A model generated the notes under the pieces. It saw nothing but the letters and a program-made list of their open reading frames with translations. It did not search any database and had not been told where the DNA came from. Positions 16,173 through 24,340 of a stretch of 124,000 nucleotides of DNA are shown piece by piece. The translations under genes were made by a program, and so were the position numbers. This DNA is from Hyalangium minutum (lineage in GTDB: Bacteria > Myxococcota > Myxococcia > Myxococcales > Myxococcaceae), in the NCBI RefSeq assembly GCF_000737315.1, contig NZ_JMCB01000003.1:144001-268000 (forward strand), given 5' to 3'. The first letter of the stretch is position 1. Each line of letters opens with the position of its first letter.

Positions 16173-17627
16173 ATGCATCTTCGTGAGTATGTGACCTTCG
16201 ATGGGCTCGGCCTGGCGGAGCTCGTCCGGCGTCGAGAGGTGAAGCCAGAGGAACTCGTCCAGGTGGCGCTGTCGGCCATCGAGGCGGTGAATCCTTCCCT
16301 CAACGCCGTCATTGGCCTGGTGGAGGCCGAGACTCGGGCCACGCTGGCCAAGCCGCTGCCCGAGGGCCCCTTCACCGGTGTTCCCTTCCTGATGAAGGAT
16401 CTGGTGTTGCACATGGCCGGGGTCCCCACGGACATGGGGAGCCGGCTCTTCCAGGGGATGGTGGCGCCTCACGACACCACGCTCATGGCGCGCTACCGGC
16501 GCGCGGGCCTCATCCCGCTGGGAAGGACCAACGCGCCCGAGCTGGGCTTCAACGCCAGCACCGAGCCCGTACTGCACGGCCCCACGCGCAACCCGTGGAA
16601 CCCGGAGTACAGCACGGGAGGTTCCAGCGGCGGCTCGGCGGCGGCGGTGAGCGCGGGCATGGTGCCCGTGGCCTATGCGAACGATGGTGCGGGCTCCATC
16701 CGCATCCCCGCCTCGCTGTGTGGCCTGTTCGGCCTGAAGCCCACGCGCGGCCGGACGCCGTCAGGGCCGGATGTGGCCGAGGGCCTGAACGGGCTGGGCG
16801 TGGAGCATGTGCTGTCGCGCTCGGTCCGCGACAGCGCGGCCCTGTTGGATGCCACGCTGGGGCCGGACGTGGGCGACCGGTACTCGATCACGCCTCCGGA
16901 GCGGCCGTATCTGGAGGAGGTGGCACGTGAGCCTGGGCGCCTGCGCATTGCCGTCACTTGGGATACGGGCGCTCAGGTTGCCGTGAGCCCCGAGTGCGTG
17001 GCCGCGGTGGAGGCCACCGCGAAGCTGTGCCGCGAGCTGGGGCATGAGGTGATCGAGGCGAAGCCCTCGTATCGCCCTCAGGCGATGTGGACCTCGCTGG
17101 CGGCGCTCTGGAGCTCGGGGACAGCGGCGTTGGTGGATGGGATGTCGGCGATGATGGGCCGCACGCCAGGGCCGGATGTGCTGGAGGCCTCGATCTGGGC
17201 CACCGTGCTGAAGGGCCGGGAGCTCACGGCGGTGGAGCTGCAGCGGGCCTTCGCGATCATGAACCACCTCTCGCGCGAGGTGGGCCGCTTCTTCCTGCAG
17301 TATGACGTGCTGCTCACGCCCACGCTGCCCTATGCGCCGTACCGGCTGGGGGTGCTGAACGCGAACGCGCCGACGACGGCGGACGAGTGGATGCAGCACG
17401 CCTTCGGCTACTGCGCGTTCACGGCCCTGTACAACCTCACCGGCCAGCCTGCCATGAACGTGCCGCTCCACTGGAGCGCCGAGGGCCTTCCCGTGGGCGT
17501 CCAGTTCGTGAGCCGCTTCGAGGATGAGGCGACGCTGTTCCGCCTGGCCGGGCAGTTGGAGCGGGCTCGGCCCTGGGCGAAGCGGACTCCGCCCATTCAT
17601 GCCGCGAGCGCTCGCGGGGCCGCCTGA
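16173..17627 (+). CDS. Amidase-signature family amidase
   Basis: GGSSGGSAAAV, DGAGSIRIPAS. Confidence 0.93.
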   Translation: MHLREYVTFDGLGLAELVRRREVKPEELVQVALSAIEAVNPSLNAVIGLVEAETRATLAKPLPEGPFTGVPFLMKDLVLHMAGVPTDMGSRLFQGMVAPHDTTLMARYRRAGLIPLGRTNAPELGFNASTEPVLHGPTRNPWNPEYSTGGSSGGSAAAVSAGMVPVAYANDGAGSIRIPASLCGLFGLKPTRGRTPSGPDVAEGLNGLGVEHVLSRSVRDSAALLDATLGPDVGDRYSITPPERPYLEEVAREPGRLRIAVTWDTGAQVAVSPECVAAVEATAKLCRELGHEVIEAKPSYRPQAMWTSLAALWSSGTAALVDGMSAMMGRTPGPDVLEASIWATVLKGRELTAVELQRAFAIMNHLSREVGRFFLQYDVLLTPTLPYAPYRLGVLNANAPTTADEWMQHAFGYCAFTALYNLTGQPAMNVPLHWSAEGLPVGVQFVSRFEDEATLFRLAGQLERARPWAKRTPPIHAASARGAA

Positions 17628-17705
17628 GAGGGGCGCTCCGGCAGCAGCGCAATGCGTTAGGAAAAGATGCTATGAGCACCAATGAAATGGTATGAGCCCC
17701 AATTA

Positions 17706-18131
17706 ATGAGGGTTCTGCTGGCCAACCACCACCTGCAGTACCGAGCGGGGTCCGAGCTTTACTGCCTGGAACTTGCGACGGCCCTGCAGCGGGTGGGTCA
17801 TTGGGAGGCGGAGGAGCAGGCCCGGCGCGCCGAGCACGAGAGGCTCTTGGCACAGCTTCAGCACCAGCGATCCGAGCTGGAGGCACGGGCTCGGGCGTTG
17901 GAGGCGGAGCTGGGTGCGAAGGTCGGCGAGGCCGCGAACCTCCAGGCGGAGCTGGCGTCCGAGCAGCTCTTTCGCCAGCAGCGAGAGCAGGAACTGGAGG
18001 CCATCCACACCAGCATGGCGTGGAAGGGCGTCAACCTGCTGCGTGCCCTCAAGGATCGAACCCTCTTCGTGCCACACACCCGGAGCCGGTGGATCTACGA
18101 CCGAGTCTTGCAGCGGCTCAAGGCGCAGTGA
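17706..18131 (+). pseudogene. Probable internally deleted glycosyltransferase remnant
   Basis: GT-B-type N-terminus MRVLLANHHL..RAGSELY..ELA.ALQR.GH joined directly to a coiled coil ending SMAWK..LR.LK; catalytic body absent; AT-rich upstream. Confidence 0.5.
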
Positions 18132-18160
18132 GGGCAGGGAAGGAAGGGATCTGGGGCGGC

Positions 18161-20098
18161 TTATTTCCGCCGCGAGGGGCACCGGCCGCAGTGCTCCGAG
18201 AGGTGGAGCGCGTACACCACCCCTGCGGTTTCGTTGCGTGCCAGCAGCTCCGTGGGCTTGGACTGCACCCCGCGCGCGAACGCCTGCACCGTCTTCCACG
18301 CCGTCTTGGGATCTGGGGAGAACAGTGCCCCGTGGGCCGAGTCCTCCCACTGCAGCGTGCTCATCCAGTACTCCCAGCGGCCCGCGTCGGCGGACTCGGG
18401 CAGGGCGATCTCCGAGACCCGGGCCTCCTTGAACAGTGGCTTCACTTGAAGCTGGGCCTCGTAGCGCTCCACCTCGAGCGGCAGCTCGAACAGGAAGAGG
18501 CGCCCCGGCGGAGCCCCGGAGCCGGCGCGCACCGTCACCCGCATTCGAGAAGGCCTCGGGTACGCATCCTCCAGGCGCGCGGTGGCCTTCACGTACGCCG
18601 TGATCACATCCGAGTGGTCCGTGAGGGCCTCGTCCACCGCCACCTTGTTGCGCAGCACGTGCTCGCGCTCCTTGGCGTCGTACTCGGACAGGTCCGACAG
18701 GCACACGTCGCACGGTGAGGTGAGCCCCGTTATCAGCGCGCAGACGCTCCCCGACGGCTTCGAATATTCGCCGTCGGGATCGAACTCCAGCGTCTCGACC
18801 TGCGCCGCCAGCGGCGAGCCCGAGCACCCGTAGATGCTCGTCACCGTCTCGATCTTCCACTCCTTGCTCTGGGCCAGTGTCCCTCCCGGCGCTGCTTCCT
18901 TCATCCGGACTGCCGCGGCCACCGCCAACCGGTAGCGCTCGCCGTGGAAGGCCTCGTCGATCAGCGCCGGAGCAACCTGCGGCACTTCCTGGGGCTCGGC
19001 GATGATGAGGGCTCGTTTCAGCAACTCCATCCGCTCCTGGCCGTGCTCCTCACGAGAGAGGGTGTTCACCTGGGCCAGGTGCTCGGTGGCGCTGAGGCGC
19101 TTCGCCTGGAGGACCGCGAGCCGCATGTATCCCCGCGAGCTGAGGCCCCGCTGTTCGGGAGAGAGCGCCGCGGTCTCGCCCGCGTCGATCTTCGCCAGAT
19201 CCCCCAGGTTCACCGCCATCCACGGCGTCTTCTTCGCGACGAGCGCCACGTGAGCCCACGGCCCTTGGACGTTGAGCACCTCCACGGCTGCGTTCACCGG
19301 GAGCATGGTCACGATGGCATCTCGATCATCCGGGCCCTCGCGCACCGAGGCCCGGTACGGGATGACATAGCCCTGGGTACCCTTGGCGGGAGGCGCGGCC
19401 TCCGTGGCCGCCTTCTCCGTGAAGTCAATCAGCTCTCGCCCCAGCTCTCCTGGCTCCGTCTCAGCGACGGTGATCGCCTCCACGAGCGCACCGCTCCGGC
19501 CGTTGCCCTCGGCCATCGCCAGGGCTGCCTTCGCCAGCGGCTTCGCTCGCTCGAAGTCTCCCTTCTTGAGGTACTCGCTGGAGGCCTCCAGCAGGTTGCG
19601 CGTCAGAGGCTTCTCCGCCGAGAGCCCGAACTCGTCCACGTAGCCGCGCAGCGCCCCTCCTTGGATCACCCCGTGGTACTCCGCCGCGCCGGGAGGCTCC
19701 TGGGCCAGCAGCTGAACCTCCGTGCCCAGCTTCAGCGTCTCCACGACGCGCCCCGAGGACTCCCGCGTCGCATGCACGGGCACCTCCTCCAGCCGCACGA
19801 ACCGGGTCTCGCCTCGGAGCGGGTAGGGGGCCAGTCCATCGAGCTTCGTCCAGCGGGTGCCTCCCTTCGCCTCGATGCGGTACCACGCCGCGTCCTCCCA
19901 GAACCGAGGGGAGTGCACCTGGACCCGTGCGCCCAGCGGCAGCTTCTCCACCACGTCGGCGTCGTCGCGCGCCTCGCTCCGGAGCTCCAGGCTGTCCTGG
20001 GTGACGGTCATCTCCTGCGAGGAGCCGCAGGCCCCACCGAGCAGCAGCACCAGGGCCCAGGCCACGGCATGGAGCAACGAGAGCGTTCGCGAGCGCAT
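18161..20098 (-). CDS. Lipoprotein with bacterial SH3-like domains
   Basis: LGGAC lipobox; repeated V..LP.G..V.V...W..V pattern. Confidence 0.6.
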   Translation of the reverse strand: MRSRTLSLLHAVAWALVLLLGGACGSSQEMTVTQDSLELRSEARDDADVVEKLPLGARVQVHSPRFWEDAAWYRIEAKGGTRWTKLDGLAPYPLRGETRFVRLEEVPVHATRESSGRVVETLKLGTEVQLLAQEPPGAAEYHGVIQGGALRGYVDEFGLSAEKPLTRNLLEASSEYLKKGDFERAKPLAKAALAMAEGNGRSGALVEAITVAETEPGELGRELIDFTEKAATEAAPPAKGTQGYVIPYRASVREGPDDRDAIVTMLPVNAAVEVLNVQGPWAHVALVAKKTPWMAVNLGDLAKIDAGETAALSPEQRGLSSRGYMRLAVLQAKRLSATEHLAQVNTLSREEHGQERMELLKRALIIAEPQEVPQVAPALIDEAFHGERYRLAVAAAVRMKEAAPGGTLAQSKEWKIETVTSIYGCSGSPLAAQVETLEFDPDGEYSKPSGSVCALITGLTSPCDVCLSDLSEYDAKEREHVLRNKVAVDEALTDHSDVITAYVKATARLEDAYPRPSRMRVTVRAGSGAPPGRLFLFELPLEVERYEAQLQVKPLFKEARVSEIALPESADAGRWEYWMSTLQWEDSAHGALFSPDPKTAWKTVQAFARGVQSKPTELLARNETAGVVYALHLSEHCGRCPSRRK

Positions 20099-20161
20099 GT
20101 GGCCCGCAGGAAACCCCATCGAGCGGCCCTCGACAATGGCGGCAGAGCCCGGCGCCGCGGT

Positions 20162-21013
20162 TCACCCGCGATAGATGGGGGTGGGAGAGGGGGGCGTGGT
20201 GGCCGGGAGGATCTGCCGGAGCGCTTCGTTGATGGTGCGCCGGTGCCGCCACTGCTTCGGATACCCGAGCGACACCTCCTCGAAGCGCACGCCTTCCTCC
20301 CAGAAGGTGAGAGGGATGTGCAGGTGGCCGGTGACGACGACCTCGGCCCGGAAGCGCTGGGGCCAGTCCTCGGTCTGCCGCGTCCCGCACCAGATGGAGA
20401 AGCGGGGGATGCGCGGGAGGCGGGCGTGGTGCCGGCGCAGCGGGAAGTGGTTGACGAGGATCGTCGCGCAATCCGAGGGCAGGGCCTCCAGGCGCTTTCG
20501 GGTCTGCTCACAGCGCGCGGCGCACCACGCGGAGCGCGAGGGGTACGGATCGGGGAACAGGAGCGACTCGTCCGCGCACAGCACACCGGACTCCACGGCC
20601 CAATTCACCGCGTCCTGCTCGGGGACGTCATCCGGGCGGAACGAGTAGTCATAGAGCAAGAAGAGCGGCGCGATGATCCGCGGAGGGCCCTCTCCGGGCC
20701 ACCGGGGATACGGGTCCTCGGGCGTGAGGACTCCGTGGCTCCGGCACACGTCGACGAGCTGCTGGTACTGAGCCTCTCCCCGAGGTGCCGAGGGGCTCTG
20801 GGAGAGTGTCCACAGCTCGTGGTTGCCGGGGACCCAGAGGAGCTGCCGGAAGCGCGGAGCCAGCGTCTCGAAGGCAAACTCCAGATCCTCGGGAGCCTCG
20901 CCCACGTCTCCGGCGACGATGAGCCAGTCGTCCGGGTGAGGCGAGAGCTGCGCGAGGGCCTCACGGTTCTCGGGGGCACGGACGTGGAGATCGCTGATGG
21001 CGTAGAGCTTCAT
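20162..21013 (-). CDS. Calcineurin-like metallophosphoesterase, PptH (Rv2795c)-like
   Basis: AISDLH, DDWLIVAGDV, WVPGNHELWT, LYDYSF, LVNHFPL, FSIWCGT, GHLHIP, RFEEVSLGYP match my recollection of mycobacterial PptH. Confidence 0.75.
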   Translation of the reverse strand: MKLYAISDLHVRAPENREALAQLSPHPDDWLIVAGDVGEAPEDLEFAFETLAPRFRQLLWVPGNHELWTLSQSPSAPRGEAQYQQLVDVCRSHGVLTPEDPYPRWPGEGPPRIIAPLFLLYDYSFRPDDVPEQDAVNWAVESGVLCADESLLFPDPYPSRSAWCAARCEQTRKRLEALPSDCATILVNHFPLRRHHARLPRIPRFSIWCGTRQTEDWPQRFRAEVVVTGHLHIPLTFWEEGVRFEEVSLGYPKQWRHRRTINEALRQILPATTPPSPTPIYRG

Positions 21014-21088
21014 GTCCGGGTGTCTGGCTCACCGTGAGTGGTGAAAGAGCTGTTGTGCCTGCGGGAATCCTGAGTCTACACCTTCGGC

Positions 21089-22243
21089 ATGGAGACGCAG
21101 AGGACGGTCCTGATTGCGGGAGGCGGTATTGGAGGGCTCACCCTGGGAGTGGCGCTGCGCCGGGCTGGCTTCTCGGTCCGGGTCTTCGAGCGTGCGGCCT
21201 CCCTGCGCCCTGTGGGGGCGGGCATCACCATGCAGACCAACGCGATCCTCGCGTTCCGGACGATCGGGCTCGACGCCGAGGTCGCCGCGGCGGGCCAGGC
21301 CATGCAGCGTGGCTCCATTCTCGATTGGCGAGGCCGCTCGCTCGGGACGATGCTCGTGGGGGAGATGGCCCAGGAGCTTGGCGCTCCGATGATCGCCATT
21401 CACCGGGCCCGGCTCCAGGAAGTGCTCCAGAAGGCCCTGGGGCCGGAGCCGCTGACGCTGGGCACTCAAGTGGTGGGCTTCCGTGAGGAACCCGGAAGCG
21501 TCGTTGCCCGGCTCTCTGATGGCAGCGAGGTTTCGGGAGAGCTCCTGGTGGGTGCCGACGGCCTGCGCTCCACCGTGCGCGCGCAGCTCCTCCAGGATGG
21601 TGATCCCCCATACGCGGGGTACACGAGCTGGCGGGGCGTGTGCGAGGTCCCCGGAGTCGCGGACACGGCCTTCACCTCGGAGAGCTGGGGCCAGGGTCTG
21701 CGCTTCGGCATCGTGCCCATCGGACAGGGGCGCACCTACTGGTTCGCCACCGCCAACGCTCCTGCGGGCGGAGTGGACACCCCGGATGCCTACGGCGAGC
21801 TGCTGCTCCGCTTTGGCCACTGGCACTCGCCGATTCGAGCCCTCATCGAGCAGACGCCGGTCACGGCCATCGTTCGCACCGACATCTATGATCGTCCGCC
21901 GGTGCAGAGCTGGGCGCGGGGGCGCGTGGTGTTGCTCGGGGACGCGGCGCACCCGATGACGCCCAACATGGGGCAGGGTGGGGGACAGGCGGTGGAGGAT
22001 GCGGTGGTGCTCGCACGGTGCCTGGCCTCCGAGCCGGAGCTGTCCACCGCGCTGACCCGCTACCAGGCCTTGCGTGTGACTCGCGCCAACGGCTTTGTGA
22101 GCCAGTCGCGGCGGCTCGGAGAGGTGGGGCAGTGGGGGAACCCGCTGGCGTGCTGGGTGCGAGACCGGCTCTTCCAGCTCGTGCCCCAGAGCAGCATCCG
22201 CGCCAACCTCCGCCGCGTTTTGACGTTCAAGGCCCAGCCATGA
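21089..22243 (+). CDS. FAD-dependent monooxygenase
   Basis: GGGIGGL, GADGLRS.VR, LLGDAAH.M.PN.GQG. Confidence 0.92.
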   Translation: METQRTVLIAGGGIGGLTLGVALRRAGFSVRVFERAASLRPVGAGITMQTNAILAFRTIGLDAEVAAAGQAMQRGSILDWRGRSLGTMLVGEMAQELGAPMIAIHRARLQEVLQKALGPEPLTLGTQVVGFREEPGSVVARLSDGSEVSGELLVGADGLRSTVRAQLLQDGDPPYAGYTSWRGVCEVPGVADTAFTSESWGQGLRFGIVPIGQGRTYWFATANAPAGGVDTPDAYGELLLRFGHWHSPIRALIEQTPVTAIVRTDIYDRPPVQSWARGRVVLLGDAAHPMTPNMGQGGGQAVEDAVVLARCLASEPELSTALTRYQALRVTRANGFVSQSRRLGEVGQWGNPLACWVRDRLFQLVPQSSIRANLRRVLTFKAQP

Positions 22244-22295
22244 GTTGCTGGCGCGCGAGCGATCCGGGGAGAGCCTTCTGCGGTAGGCTGTCCCC

Positions 22296-22949
22296 GTGTT
22301 CCCTCTCCGCATCGTACTGAGTCTCTGTCTGCTCACGGCGAGCGTTTCCTTCGCCCAATCAGCTCCCGTGGATGCTCCCTCTGAGCAGGCTGCGCCGAAG
22401 GGCGAGCTCTTCCCCTACCAGTACAAGTACGAGACCGAGGACTCTCCCGCGCTCGTGTTTCCGCGCGTCGTCGCGGAGGTGTTCGGCGGGGTGCTCGGCG
22501 GCGTGGGGATGGGCATCGTGGGGCTGCTCGCGGGCGTCTCCGCGCTCGAGGATGTGAGCTGCGGCTCGGGCGAGGTGTGCGCGGCCACCATCCTCATCAT
22601 CACGGTGCCGGCTGTGTTCGTGGGCATTCCCTTGGGCGTCCAGTACGCCGCGCAAGGACTGGGAGGCCGAGGCGATTTCCTACCGTCGCTCGCGGGCACT
22701 TTGTTGGGCACCGGGGCCGGGCTCCTCTACGGCTTGAGCCAGGACGGACCGGGCTACATGGCGGTGGGCCTTATCGTGGGGCCAGTCCTGGGCGCCGTGA
22801 TCGGATACGAGATCTCCCACGCGATGAACGCGTCTAGCTCCTACCAGGCGAGGGCTGGGAGTTCCTCCGCTCAAGCCTTGCGCGTGGCGCCGTTGATCGG
22901 CGCGACGCCTCGGGGCGGCTTCCTCGGAGGGCTGTCCGGGAGCTTCTAG
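22296..22949 (+). CDS. Hypothetical secreted/membrane protein, Gly-rich helices
   Basis: Signal peptide plus hydrophobic Gly-rich segments. Confidence 0.6.
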   Translation: MFPLRIVLSLCLLTASVSFAQSAPVDAPSEQAAPKGELFPYQYKYETEDSPALVFPRVVAEVFGGVLGGVGMGIVGLLAGVSALEDVSCGSGEVCAATILIITVPAVFVGIPLGVQYAAQGLGGRGDFLPSLAGTLLGTGAGLLYGLSQDGPGYMAVGLIVGPVLGAVIGYEISHAMNASSSYQARAGSSSAQALRVAPLIGATPRGGFLGGLSGSF

Positions 22950-22952
22950 CCG

Positions 22953-23480
22953 TCACCCGCTGCTCGAGCCCATGTGGCCCGGCGGGTTGCGCAGCCGCGT
23001 GTAGAGCGTCTCCGTCAGCAGGTACCAGAACTGCACGTACCCGATGCTCAGGATGTCCCCATCCTTGAGCGTCACCTCGCGCTTCATGATGATCGTCCCG
23101 TTGAGGAACGTGCCGTTGCGCGAGCCCAGGTCCTTCATCGTGCAGCGGCGATCGGCCTCGTTCCACTGCAGCACCGCGTGTTGCTTGGACACCGAGCCGT
23201 CATCCAGCACCACGTCGCAGTCCGGCAGTCGCCCGATCATCAGCGAGTCCTGCTCCTTCAGCGGCGGGAGGGTGGCCACCAGCAGGTCCTCGAACTCGAA
23301 CAGCAGCGAGAGCATCCCCTGCTCGATGGTGCCCCGGTTCGCCGTGTGCGTCGGGTCCAACACCGCCGAGGACTCAGGGCTCGGGGGCCGCTGAATCAGC
23401 ACGAAGGGCCCGAGCTGCTGGCGGAACTTCGCCTGCGTGAGAGCGGAGCCGAGCGCTCGCATTTCCTTGACCGAGATCAT
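22953..23480 (-). CDS. FHA domain protein
   Basis: IGR, SKQHA, DLGSRNGTFLNG. Confidence 0.9.
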   Translation of the reverse strand: MISVKEMRALGSALTQAKFRQQLGPFVLIQRPPSPESSAVLDPTHTANRGTIEQGMLSLLFEFEDLLVATLPPLKEQDSLMIGRLPDCDVVLDDGSVSKQHAVLQWNEADRRCTMKDLGSRNGTFLNGTIIMKREVTLKDGDILSIGYVQFWYLLTETLYTRLRNPPGHMGSSSG

Positions 23481-23724
23481 CGTGGGTCCACCTTAATAGA
23501 TCGCCGTCATGCCCACCCGCAGATCCGCACCCAGGGTCCGCGTCCAGGTCCAGGGTTCACCGGTCACCACCCCGGGACCTTTCCGGCAGCCTCGCCCGCT
23601 GCTTTCGTTTGCCCGGTTGCCGTTCGTCTCCTACATTCGGAAACTTCGTAAAGGCTGCTCCGGGTACCCCCGGCGAGGGGGCGGACAGGCGAACACTCAT
23701 CTGGTGGCGGAAGGAGCTGTGTCG

Positions 23725-24231
23725 ATGAGCGGGAACATCCCGATGACCCCTTATGGTCTCCGCAAGCTCAAGGAGGAACTCAAGCACCTCCAGACGGTGG
23801 AGCGCGGGAAGATCACTCGGGAGATTGAGGTCGCGCGGGCCCATGGTGACCTGAAGGAGAACGCCGAGTACCACGCGGCCAAGGAGAAGCAGTCCCACAT
23901 CGAGGGACGCATCCTGGATCTCAATGACTGGATCGCCCGAGCCGAGGTGATCGACACCAGCAAGCTCAAGGGGGATGCCGTCGTCTTTGGCGCTACCGTG
24001 ATGCTGCGGGACTCGGACACCGACAAGACGGTGACGTACCGGATCGTCGGGGAACTGGAGGCCGACATCAAGAAGCGCTGGCTGGCGGTCACCTCCCCCG
24101 TGGCCCGCGCGCTCATCGGCAAGAAGATGGGCGACACCGCCGTGGTCCGCAGTCCCGGAGGCGAGAAGGAGTACGAGATCGAGGAGATCCGCTTCGAGGA
24201 TCCCCCGGACGACGCCCCGTCCCCTCCTTGA
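23725..24231 (+). CDS. greA: Transcription elongation factor GreA
   Basis: HGDLKENAEYHAAKE, SPVARALIGK. Confidence 0.95.
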   Translation: MSGNIPMTPYGLRKLKEELKHLQTVERGKITREIEVARAHGDLKENAEYHAAKEKQSHIEGRILDLNDWIARAEVIDTSKLKGDAVVFGATVMLRDSDTDKTVTYRIVGELEADIKKRWLAVTSPVARALIGKKMGDTAVVRSPGGEKEYEIEEIRFEDPPDDAPSPP

Positions 24232-24252
24232 CGCCTCGCGATATGCAGCTGC

Positions 24253-24290
24253 CGGGGGAGTGGGCATCTGCTCGCTCCCCCGCTTTCATT
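24253..24290 (+). terminator. Putative intrinsic terminator after greA
   Basis: CGGGGGAGTGGGC-atct-GCTCGCTCCCCCG hairpin followed by CTTTCATTT. Confidence 0.5.
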
Positions 24291-24340
24291 TCGTGCGGGA
24301 CGTCATCCCTGCTTTTTAGGATGAGCGCTCGGACCCGCTT

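Noticed and set aside
16111-17638. 13-bp inverted repeat (GAGCGCCCCTCTC) flanking the amidase gene
   Set aside because: Short, GC-rich, no transposase or target duplication; the left copy is part of a local hairpin; chance or terminator motif is likelier
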